Shown here: positions 11,701 to 23,195 of the stretch, piece after piece
Layout of the letters: every line of letters starts with the position of its first letter
How positions within the stretch are numbered: position 1 is the first letter of the stretch
Made by a program: the position numbers and the translations under genes
Notes under the pieces: generated by a model
What the model was told of the DNA's origin: nothing
The model's input: the letters and a program-made list of their open reading frames with translations, nothing else
Database searches by the model: none
NCBI RefSeq assembly: GCF_031769215.1
Contig: NW_026782224.1
Coordinates: 1,736,001-1,800,000 of the forward strand
Source of the DNA: Ylistrum balloti
Taxonomy: Eukaryota
DNA: 64,000 nucleotides
Reading direction: 5' to 3'

Positions 11701-14700
11701 TGACTTACCCTTTTTAGTTTTCCAGGATCAGTTCCTAGACCAAGGTTTAGTGGAGACAAACCTGACTTACCCTGTTTAGTTTTCCAGGATCAGTTCCTAG
11801 ACCAAGGTTTAGTGGAGACAAACCTGACTTACCCTTTTTAGTTTTCCAGGATCAGTTCCTAGACCAAGGTTTAGTGGAGACAAACCTGACTTACCCTGTT
11901 TAGTTTTCCAGGATCAGTTCCTAGACCAAGGTTTAGTGGAGACAAACCTGACTTACCCTTTCCAGTTTTCCAGGATCAGTTCCTAGACCAAGGTTTAGTG
12001 GAGACAAACCTGACTTACCCTTTTTAGTTTTCCAGGATCAGTTCCTAGACCAAGGTTTAGTGGAGACAAACCTGACTTACTCTTTTTAGTTTTCCAGGAT
12101 CAGTTCCTAGACCAAGGTTTGCTAAGTCATCAGTCACCAGCTTCACAAAGTCTTGGTCCTCTGTCTCTTCTGAAATACATACATCAACTAAAGGGTTGGT
12201 AAATAGCCTGTGTATAAGAAGTTTACATGAAAGTTGTACCGGATTGTCTAAATACAAAAATAGCATTTTCACAACTAAATAAAAACTTCAAGGATTAAAA
12301 CAAACATTTCAAAAGCTACAAACCATCTTCACTATTTTCGTCTCTTTCAAACACCTGTTTGATTCTGATGAGGTCTGCCTTGATGTCGGCAAGTGTGTCG
12401 GCTGGCATTGATGTCAGAAGTGTCTGAACTTTCTTCTCACACTGATTGGACAGGATCTCTAGAGCCTCCAGGTGAGCTAGGCCTGAATAAAGGCAAACAT
12501 AGACTCAAATGTCTATATCCTACAAACTAACCTCCAGGTGAGTTAGGCCTGAATAAAGGTAAACATAGACTCAAATGTCTATACCCTACAAACTAACCTC
12601 CAGGTGAGCTAGGCCTGAATAAAGGTAAACATAGACCCCAAGGGATCTATATCCTACAAACCACCATTTGAGGATCTGTTTTCAGTTCTTGAAGATTTGT
12701 TTATTTTTTTTTTGTTTGTTACCAGGTGTTGTAAATGTTCATGAACTGGTCTTCATTGAATGTACTCAATGATGGCACAAGATATTTTTATTAAGCACCT
12801 ATTAGCAAATATCATTTGAAAAAGATCCCAAAGTATTATTAGATAGCAGTCAGTTACAGGTGGATAATGGACAATATGCTTGTGCTGTATTACTGTTGTA
12901 AGATGGCTGCCTGTGGGCCAACTTGATTTCAAATCAGTCCAAAAAAGGTACAATGCACAACTAGGGATGAAGGGAAACCAATATCTATGAAATATCAGAA
13001 GTATCCATCCAGGATTTCCTCAGATATAGCAGTAACAAGATTTTACTCTCAAAATCCAAGATGGCTGCCTGTCAGCCATCTTGATTTCGGATCAGTCCAA
13101 AAAGGTACAATGCACAACTTGGAACCAAAGAGAACCTGCATATGAAATTTGAGAAAGATCCATCCAGTACTTTTCAAGAAATAGCAGTAACAAACTTTTA
13201 CATTCAAAATCCAAGATGGCCACCTGTCTGCCATCTTGAATTTGAATCAGTCCAAAAAAGGTACAATGCACAACTAGGGAACAAGGGGAAACTGCATAGA
13301 AATTTGAGAAAGATCCATCCAGTACTTTCCAAGAAATAGCAGTAACAAACTTTTACTTCCAAAATCCAAGATGGCTGCCTGTCGGCCATCTTGAATTCGA
13401 ATCAGTTCAAAAAAGGTACAGTGCACAACTAGGAACCAAGGGGAACCTGTATATGAAATTTGAGAAAGATCCATCCAGTACTTTCCAAGAAATAGCAGTA
13501 ACAAACTTTTACTTCCAAAATTCAAGATGGCTGCCTGTCTGCCATCTTGAATTCGAATCAGTCCAAAAAAGGTACAATGCACAACTAGGGACCAAGGGGA
13601 AACTGTATATGAAATTTGAGAAAGATCCATCGGGAACTTTCCAAGAAATAGCGGTAACAAAGTTTTACTTCCAAAATCCAAGATGGCCACCTGTCGGCCA
13701 TCTTGAATTCGAATCAGTCCAAAAAAGGTACAATGCACAACTAGGGACCAAGGGGAAACTGTATATGAAATTTGAGAAAGATCCATCGGGAACTTTCCAA
13801 GAAATAGCGGTAACAAAGTTTTACTTCCAAAATCCAAGATGGCCACCTGTCGGCCATCTTGAATTCGAATTAGTCCAAAAAAGGTACAATGCACAACTAG
13901 GGACCAAGGGGAACCTGTATATGAAATTTGAGAAAGATCCATCCAGTACTTTTCCAGAAATAGCGATAACAAGAATTGTTTACGGACGGACGGACGGACG
14001 GACCACGGACGCAGGGCGATTTGAATAACCCACCATCTATTAGATAGATGGTGGGCTAATAAATATAGACTCAAATGTCTATATCCTACAAACTAACCTC
14101 CAGGTAAACTAGGCCTGAATAAAGATAAATATAGACTCAAATGTCTATACCCTACAAACTAACCTCCAGGTGAGCTAGGCCTGAATTGAGGTAAAATAAC
14201 CTAAGTTGGCTACCCTACAAACAAGACATGTAGATACATGTTTGAAATCTATATCTAGATCATTGATATGCCTATTATATTGTCTTACATGGGACAGAGA
14301 GTGACAATAGAAAATGTCTCCATGCATGTCCACTTGTCTGTAATACTTGCAGAAAACATGTTGTTTTTCAGTTCTTTAATTACGAGTGATATTTGGGAGG
14401 TAATGTCAAAGCAAAATCGCAACAAAAACATAACACAAACCCAAGGTGACTCATCTCTAAATTTACCTTGATATTCATTAAACATAAACCCATAGTGACT
14501 CATCTCTAAATTTACCTTGATATTCATCAAACATAAACCCACAGTGACTCATCTCTAAACTTACCTTGATATTCATCAAACATAAACCCAAGGTGACTCA
14601 TCTCTAAACTTACCTTGATATTCATCAAACATAAACCCAAGGTGACTCATCTCTAAACTTACCTTGATATTCATCAAACATAAACCCAAGGTGCCTCATC

Positions 14701-17700
14701 TCTAAACTTACCTTGATATTCATCAAACATAAACCCAAGGTGCCTCATCTCTAAACTTACCTTGATATTCATCAAACATAAACCCAAGGTGACTCATCTC
14801 TAAACTTACCTTGATATTCATCAAACATAAACCCAAAGTGACTCATCTCTAAACTTACCTTGATATTCATCAAACATAAACCCAAGGTGCCTCATCTCTA
14901 AACTTACCTTGATATTCATCAAACATAAACCCAAGGTGACTCATCTCTAAACTTACCTTGATATTCATCAAACATAAACCCAAAGTGACTCATCTCTAAA
15001 TTTACCTTGATATTCATCAAACATAAACCCAAGGTGACTCATCTCTAAACTTACCTTGATATTCATCAAACATAAACCCACAGTGACTCATTTCTGAATT
15101 TACCTTGATATTCATCACGCATACACCCATAGTGACTCATCTCTAAATTTACCTTGATATTCATCAAACATAAACCCACAGTGACTCATCTCTAAACTTA
15201 CCTTGATATTCATCAAACATAAACCCAAGGTGACTCATCTCTAAACTTACCTTGATATTCATCAAACATAAACCCAAGGTGACTCATCTCTAAACTTACC
15301 TTGATATTCATCAAACATAAACCCAAGGTGACTCATCTCTAAACTTACCTTGATATTCATCAAACATAAACCCAAGGTGCCTCATCTCTAAACTTACCTT
15401 GATATTCATCAAACATAAACCCAAGGTGACTCATCTCTAAACTTACCTTGATATTCATCAAACATAAACCCAAGGTGACTCATCTCTAAACTTACCTTGA
15501 TATTCATCAAACATAAACCCAAAGTGACTCATCTCTAAATTTACCTTGATATTCATCAAACATAAACCCATAGTGACTCATCTCTAAATTTACCTTGATA
15601 TTCATCAAACATAAACCCAAAGTGACTCATCTCTAAATTTACCTTGATATTCATCAAACATAAACCCAAGGTGACTCATCTCTAAATTTACCTTGATATT
15701 CATCAAACATAAACCCAAGGTGACTCATTTCTGAATTTACCTTGATATTCATCATGCATACACCCATAGTGACTCATCTCTAAACTTACCTTGATATTCA
15801 TCAAACATAAACCCAAAATGAGCCTTCTGTGCTTCTTCTGATTCTTTTTCTATCTCAATACGCTTAGCCGAATCCTCTTTAGCTTCTCGCAGAATCTGGG
15901 AAAGATTTGGTTTATCTCCACGGTGAAACAACACTTCCTTTGTCTTACGAAGACCAGGGTCATGGTCTTTGATGACATCATATGTCTTTTTACCAATGGT
16001 TTCCAAAACATCCAAACTCCCAGTCACCAAGGTTTTACTCTACCAAACAAGCACAACATCTAATTAGGGACCAGGTCAACATCTAAGTAAGTTCACAGTA
16101 TACTACAGACTTTATGTTCCTAACTGCAAAATCTCAAGGCTCAAAACAATTCCATTCACAGTCTACGTTGTAGACGGTGGAAGAAGGGGGATGGGATAGA
16201 GGTGGAGTTGACTGTTCTGTGGTGTAGACAGTGGGAGAAAGGGGATGAGATAGAAATGGAGTTGACTGTTCTGTGTTGTAGACAGTGGGAGAAAGGGAAT
16301 GAGATAGAGATGGAGTTGACTGTTCTGTGGTGTAGACAGTGGGAGAAAGGGGATGAGATAGAGATGGAGTTGACTGTTCTGTGGTGTAGACAGTGGGAGA
16401 AAGGGGATGGGATAGAGATGGAGTTGACTGTTCTGTGGCGTAGACAGTGGGAATAAGGGGATGAGATAGAGATGGAGTTGACTGTTCTGTGGTGTAGACA
16501 GTGGGAGAAAGGGGATGAGATAGAGATGGAGTTGACTGTTCTGTGGTGTAGACAGTGGGAGAAAGGGGATGGGATAGAGATAGAGATGGAGTTGAGATGG
16601 AGTTGACTGTTCTGTGGTGTAGACAGTGGGAGAAAGGGGATGGGATAGAGATGGAGTTGACTGTTCTGTGGTGTAGACAGTGGGAGAAAGGGGATGAGAT
16701 AGAGATGGAGTTGACTGTTCTGTGGTGTAGACAGTGGGAGAAAGGGGATGGGATAGAGATGGAGTTGACTGTTCTGTGGTGTAGACAGTGGGAGAAAGGG
16801 GAGAAAGGGGATGGGATAGAGATGGAGTTGACTGTTCTGTGGTGTAGACAGTGGGAGAAAGGGGATGGGATAGAGATGGAGTTGACTGTTCTGTGGTGTA
16901 GACAGTGGGAGAAAGGGGATGGGATAGAGATGGAGTTGACTGTTCTGTGGTGTAGACAGTGGGAGAAAGGGGATGAGATAGAGATGGAGTTGACTGTTCT
17001 GTGGTGTAGACAGTGGGAGAAAGGGGATGAGATAGAGATGGAGTTGACTGTTCTGTGGTGTAGACAGTGGGAGAAAGGGGATGGGATTATGGAGTTGACT
17101 GTTCTGTGGTGTAGACAGTGGGAGAAAGGGGATGGGATAGAGATGGAGTTGACTGTACTGTGGTGTAGACAGTGGGAGAAAGGGGATGGGATTATGGAGT
17201 TGACTGTTCTGTGGTGTAGACAGTGGGAGAAAGGGGATGGGATAGAGATGGAGTTGACTGTACTGTGGTGTAGACAGTGGGAGAAAGGGGATGGGACAGA
17301 GATGGATTTTACTGTACTGGTGTTGTAGAGAGTGAGAGGAAAGAGACAGGGTAGGCAGTAGGGAATCAGAATCTGAGTTCGTGAGTGTCTGGACTGGTGT
17401 TTTAATTTTATTGTATGTAATTTTAAACATCAGAGAAAGATGGGCACTCTTCCATCTATTGGTGAGTTCTATTCAGTAATATTAGACTTTGTGACTCAGG
17501 GGATACTTATTTTACTGGCATACATACACTTTGTGAGAAAGTTTTGGAAACAAATAAACTTCTAAAATCTATGGCAATAAACCTGTGCGTATTGAAGTTG
17601 ACAGGTCAGTGAAGATAAGAACACTAATTATTTCAAGTTTAAAGTACTAACCGTGTTCTGTACCATGTTGGTGGTGTTCTGTACCACTGAGGTCAAGCCT

Positions 17701-20700
17701 GACATTCCCCATGATGAAAACCAGCTGTTCCCTTGATCTGCTCCTCCAGGATTCATCTCGCTGTCAGCTGTCTTTTCCTCCTCTTGTTTATCTCCCTTTC
17801 CCTCCTGACCAACTTCTACTGCCGCTGTAAATTTATAACAAATACAAAAGTGTCATACCACAACATTGTTTCATATCTGTGGCTTAAAATGACATATATT
17901 GTTAAAATGTGCTATGTATCTTACTTTCTCTCTCCGTGTTTGTGTTTTCAGGGGCCTCTGATTCAGCTTTGGCCTTCCTCTTCATCTCTGCTAGCTCTTC
18001 TGGTGATGGTGCCCCCATGCTGGTCTCAACAGCATCAACCAGAGAGTTAAACCCATCGCCTGAATAAGTAACAGTATTTTATCTGATATGAGAGAATTTA
18101 CCTTTAATAGCTACAAGAAAAGTTAATGTCACCTTCATAACAACAAATTGTTCCTCTTACAGGAAATGAGATTGTCATCTCTATATCAGGAAATGAGACT
18201 GTCATCTCTATAACAGGAAATGACACTTTGATCTCTATAACAGGAAATGACACTGTCATCTCTAACAGGAAATGAGACTGTCACCTCTATAACAGGAAAT
18301 GAGACTGTCACCTCTATAACAGGTAATGACACTGTGATCTCTATAACAGGAAATGACACTGTGACCTCTATAACAGGTAATGACACTGTGATCTCTATAA
18401 CAGGAAATGACACTGTCACCTCTATAACAGGTAATGACACTGTGATCTCTATAACAGGAAATGACACTGTCACCTCTATAACAGGTAATGACACTGTGAT
18501 CTCTATAACAGGAAATGACACTGTCACCTCTATAACAGGAAATGACACTGTGATCTCTGTAACAGGAAATGACACTGTCACATCTATAACAGGTAATGAC
18601 ACTGTGATCTCTATAACAGGAAATGACACTGTCACCTCTATAACAGGTAATGACACTGTGATCTCTACAACAGGAAATGACACTATCACCTCTATAACAG
18701 GAAATGACACTGTCATCTCTATAAGAGGTAATGACATTGTGACCTCTGTAATAGGTAGACATTGGGACCTCTTTAACATGTTAAAACACAGTGAACTCTG
18801 TTTTTATTTAAAGACCCCAAAAATATAATTTTGTTGTGACAAAATGTGCCTCTTATCATTTACCTCGGTCATTTTTCGCCCTTTTTGGTGTTTGATAACC
18901 ATAAGGATATATAACTAAGATTGTGTTACATACATGCATTAGCCTACAAGTCTCAGCTTGATAGAATAACACTAGATCATACCAACTTGATCAGCTAAGG
19001 ACTGGAACCATCCACCTTTTGTTTGCTCCTCTTTATGGCTCTCTGCATTATCTTCCTTCTTCATCTCATTTTTACTTTCTTTTGTCTTTTCATCGTTTTC
19101 CTGGGCCTCTTTTTCTGAGACTGCAAAGTAAGGACAAGTATGTAAATATACAGTAAAGATACTCCCTTTTTTCCTTTTTAAATGACAGATGAAATTCTCT
19201 TTCAGTCCTTACTTTCTCGTTCCATGCTTGTGTTTTCTGGGGCCTCTGATTCAGCTTTGGCCTTCCTCTTCATCTCTGCTAGCTCTTCTGGTGATGGTGC
19301 CCCCATGCTGGTCTCAACAGCATCAACCAGTGTGTTGAACCCGTCCTCTGTAACAATAATATAATGGGTGTCTCTCATGACATAGTGTTCTATACACAAC
19401 AACGCCATGAAATAAGTACTCTACATAGCCAAAAAACATAACTACAGCAAGTTACATCAAAATATTGTTGCTATAGATAAAATACCAAGATCATAACTAC
19501 CTCCAATTACAACACCACCTGTACACATACAACATCACCTGTATACATACAACATCACCTGTATACATACAACACCATCTGTATACATACAACACCACCT
19601 GTACACATACAACATCACCTGTATACATACAACACCACCTGTACACATACAACACCATCTGTATACATACAACACCACCTGTATACATACAACATCACCT
19701 GTATACATACAACACCACCTGTACACATACAACATCACCTGTATACATACAACACCACCTGTACACATACAACATCACCTGTATACATACAACATCACCT
19801 GTACACATACAACAACACCTGTACATTTACAACACCAGCTGTACACATACAACACCACCTGTACACATACAACATCACCTGTATACATACAACACCACCT
19901 GATCACATGCAACATCACCTGTATACATACAACACCACCTGTACACATACAACATCACCTGTATACATACAATACCACCTGTACAACATCACCTGTACAC
20001 CTACATCACCTGTTTACATACAACACCACCTGTATACATACAACACCACCTGTACACAAACAACACCACCTGTACACATACAACATCACCTGTATACATA
20101 CAACACCACCTGTACACATACAACATCACCTGTATACATACAACACCACCTGTATACATACAACATCACCTGTATACATACAATACCACCTGTACAACAC
20201 CACCTGTACACCTACATCACCTGTATACATACAACACCACCTGTATACATACAACACCACCTGTACACATACAACACCACCTGTACACATACAACATCAC
20301 CTGTATACATACCACACCACCTGTACACATACAACATCACCTGTATACATACAATACCACCTGTACACATACAACATCACCTGTATACATACAACATCAC
20401 CTGTACACATACAACACCACCTGTACACATACATCACCATCTGTACACATACAACATCACCTGTACACATACATTACCATCTGTACACATACAACATCAC
20501 CTGTACATATACATCACCATTTGTACACATACAACATCACCTGTATACATACATCACCATCTGTACACATACAACACCACCTGTACACATACAACATCAC
20601 CTGTATACATACAACAACACCTGTACACATACAACATCACCTATATACATACAACATCACCTGTATACATACAACATCACCTGTATACATACAACACCAC

Positions 20701-23195
20701 CTGTACACATACAACATCACCTATATACATACAACATTACCTGTACACATACATCACCATCTGTACACATACAATTCCACCTGTACACATACAACACCAC
20801 ATGTATACATACAAGATCACTTTACTTACAATATCATCTGTACACATACAATACCACCTGTACACATACAACACCACCTGTATACATACATCACCATCTG
20901 TACACATACAACATCACCTGTTTACAAAAAAACACCACCTGTGTTTATACACTACACATGTACACATACATCACTTGTACAAAAATAACATCACCAGTAC
21001 ATTAGTGTCTGTGTTTTACTGTACGTACCAACTTGACTGGTGAAGGTGGATACTGAATGTGATGCTACACTCATCAAGGATGACCCCCAGTTACCCCAGG
21101 AACTCCAACCATCAGAGGCTGGTGACTACAATTAAGTAAAAAGTCAAAAGAATTCAAAAGCATATTTCAATACACTGTAAATCACTTAAATTTGGTATTT
21201 ATTTTCACATTAATATGAAAGCAGAGCCAATCACTAATTAGCCTTTATCTGTATGAATCTCTTGATGAGATCTGTGTTACCACCTTGTTAATTTTCTTTT
21301 AATTCTGTTCATGCTTCTGATGAATTTATATACCGGTATTCCTTATCATATCATCACAAAAAAAATTGCTCTATGTATATCATTAACAAATTCAATCATC
21401 TTCAGAACTCTGTACTTTAAATGACACCCCCTATTGCTGACTTTTAGAACTTCTGTACAGCTATTATTCAGAGGTTGGAGGTTCAGTACATGTGCCACAA
21501 AAGATATTATTTCTCGATGCTATTTTTGTGTTCGAAAAGGTACTAAAATATTTACAATAACAGACTTTATAACATACAAAATATCTATCTGATTAAATTA
21601 CAAAATAAGCAAGAGGAAAAACAGTTAAGGACATTATATTACTGCTTGGATGATTACTGTACAAGTAGTGTGAACATGTTGCGAACGTTAAACACAATAT
21701 GTCTGAGATGTGGAAGTGTGGAGTGTTTACATTTGTGTCTTTGGTCTATGTTCTAGCTTGTACTCAGCTAAATATAGTTCAGTATGGACACAACATGTAT
21801 CACATGACTAAATCACTTTTCAGGCATAGTCACATGACTCCCTTAAGCAAAATGGCAGCCATAGGAAGCTATCGGTTACCGATACAGCAGTTCCCAGAGT
21901 CTGTAACTCTTGTAGCTTATCATTCGTAAATTCAAAGTCATTTCTAGACCAGCATTCCCGAAATCATGTTTTCATGAATATGTCTGCAGAGGTGGTTTTG
22001 TGAAATAAAGCATTTGCAAAATCAAAGTGATTTACAATAATGTTAATGTGCACACAGTGTTCTACTGGTTTCCATAGAAATTAAATGTTCAGTAATTTTC
22101 CTTTAGATTTAAAGAGTTTTATTAGTAATACATATCTCTTGTATATAATCATCTTAATGGAAGTAATACAGACATCACATTCACAGGAAAAAGATTTAAT
22201 TATGTTTGAAACAAGCTACCAGCAATCAATGTATGTCATCATTTCATAACATTAAAAAAGTTCTATTTTTAGAAAAGCTGGATATGACTGGCTAGAAGAA
22301 GATGGCTGTTACAGAAAGTGATCAAGTCTTTTATTGAATAAATGTAGATTAAACCAAAAGTTAAAATTAAAAGTATCAACAAGAATTATTTTGTAAGGCT
22401 AAGGGAACCATGCCACAAGAATCTGGGGTGTGCTATTTAAAATATACTCCAGGTCTCTGTTTGTTATCATTACATAATGATAAAAATCATTCAAGTTAAT
22501 CTTTTAATAATACACACTTGTTTTTTCTCTTCAACTTTCTTCTGTGCACTTAATTCCTCTGAATGTTTGGAAGGAACATTATCTACATTCTTTCTTGTAT
22601 CTTTCTGGGGAGTTGTTTCCCTTGACCTTTGGGTAGTCATCTCTTCTGCAGTATGAGTAGTTGTTTCCCCTTGTGAATTTTTCTCCTCTGCTTTTGTGAG
22701 CTGTGCTGATGTTTGAGGCTTTGACTCAGTAATATCTGGTTTATCCTCATGTTTATCCCTTTCAATGTCCACTTGTTTTTTATGATCACCCGTAACTGGA
22801 CTTAATGATTCAGAAGAATCACCTGATTGTTTAGTTTTTCCCTTGGAAGGTAAACCTGACCCCAACTTTGGAGCCTGAGATTTATTAGCAGTATTTGTTT
22901 TTGCCTTTTTATCTGTGGATTTTGCTGTTTCCTTTTTTCCATTACCAGGCTTATCTTTATTTACATTTTTCTGTGGAATTTTCTTCTGAGAATCTTTACT
23001 GCTTGCACCTTTTTTGCTTTCTTTTTCTTCTGTTTTACTTGTTTTTGAAGTACTTGTCACTGTAGCACTTTTACCAGAAATGTTTCCATCAGATTTATTA
23101 GTTTTTGTTGCTTTAGTTTCTGGATGTGAACTTTTCTCTTTTGGCAAACCATCGCCTTCATCTGCACTTGCAAACTCATCCTCAGAATCTGACAT
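5685..23195 (-). CDS. FAM114A2: FAM114A-family protein (FAM114A2/NOXP20-like), 14 coding exons, ~768 aa
   Basis: Exons (minus): 23195-22518, 21125-21029, 19347-19213, 19120-18983, 18059-17925, 17824-17652, 16039-15790, 12482-12324, 12169-12081, 8074-7994, 7651-7512, 6739-6667, 6391-6332, 5783-5685. All GT-AG with consistent phases; total 2307 nt. Motifs DGWSSWGNWGSSLMS, VQNT-SKTLVTGSLDVLETIGKKT...DPG, [45 protein letters not shown] and GNSSTYIQDAFQLLLP match recalled human FAM114A1/2. A1 vs A2 cannot be assigned. Probable non-coding exon 1 donor at 23872. Confidence 0.92.
5995..6338 (-). repeat. 39-bp minisatellite (8 extra copies) containing the 5' splice site of FAM114A exon 6391-6332
   Basis: Real donor CCTGGAG|GTAAGGTTCCATTCTGTATAT; copies CC(A/T)GGAA|GTAAAT(T/G)TCCATTCTGTATAT. 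Open reading frame through the array (ORF 5978-6355). Confidence 0.9.
9270..12120 (-). repeat. 62-bp minisatellite, ~46 copies, containing the 3' 40 nt of exon 12169-12081 plus its 5' splice site
   Basis: Minus unit AAACCTTGGTCTAGGAACTGATCCTGGAAAACTAAA(C/A)AG(G/A)|GTAAGTCAGGTTTGTCTCCACT. Period 62 (9481 vs 9543). Confidence 0.97.
12465..14190 (-). repeat. 66-bp repeat containing the 3' splice site of FAM114A exon 12482-12324; 5 copies, split by a ~1.4-kb insert
   Basis: Acceptor TTCAG|GCCTA.. with exon-like starts at 12482 (real), 12548, 12614, 14114 and 14180. Spacing is 66 within each block. Confidence 0.9.
12760..14063 (-). mobile_element. pearl/DINE-1/HINE-type non-autonomous element with seven ~156-bp tandem core repeats
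   Basis: Core AAGATGGC(T/C)(G/A)CC...GCCATCTTG at 12900, 13058, 13213, 13368, 13524, 13680, 13836. (ACGG)5 at 13982-14002. 12-bp-stem hairpin CCCACCATCTAT-tag-ATAGATGGTGGG at 14029-14055, then A-rich AATAAA. This modular layout is that of oyster pearl (CvA) and Helentron-associated elements. Left boundary approximate. Confidence 0.8.
14440..15817 (-). repeat. 49-bp minisatellite, ~28 copies, containing the 3' end of exon 16039-15790 plus its 5' splice site
   Basis: Minus unit TTGGGTTTATGTTTGATGAATATCAAG|GTAA(G/A)TTTAGAGATGAGTCAC(C) (GFMFDEYQG|). Period 49 (14581 vs 14630). Confidence 0.97.
16190..17325. repeat. 54-bp purine/G-rich intronic minisatellite, ~21 copies
   Basis: Unit GAGATGGAGTTGACTGTTCTGTGGTGTAGACAGTGGGAGAAAGGGGATG(G/A)GATA; lies in the FAM114A intron 16040-17651. 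Confidence 0.95.
18165..18752. repeat. 27-bp intronic minisatellite with 54-bp dimeric higher order, ~21 units
   Basis: ACAGG(A/T)AATGACACTGT(C/G)A(C/T)CTCTATA; the two variants alternate. Confidence 0.93.
19500..20990. repeat. 20-bp intronic minisatellite, ~70 copies, degenerating toward 21 kb
   Basis: ACATACAACA(C/T)CACCTGTA(T/C). Confidence 0.93.

Noticed and set aside
12344-12352. Alternative donor AAACAG|GTGTTT in FAM114A exon 12482-12324
   Set aside because: Phase 0 would put a TGA in the next exon; the phase-1 donor at 12324 gives the conserved reading.
13274-14074. 266-aa and 191-aa ORFs with 52-aa repeats
   Set aside because: They arise from the 156-bp cores of the non-autonomous element; no transposase or Rep/helicase motifs.
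16156-17430. 424-aa and 257-aa ORFs (PIPFLPLSTPQ / ELTVLWCRQWEKGD)
   Set aside because: Translations of the 54-bp intronic repeat, open on both strands, with no splice or start context.
18186-18828. Mucin-like NDT-sequon ORF (TSITGNDTV)n
   Set aside because: 27-bp repeat open in three frames, inside a FAM114A intron; no signal peptide.
19907-21043. His/Thr/Tyr-rich 378-aa ORF
   Set aside because: Translation of the 20-bp repeat, antisense within a FAM114A intron.
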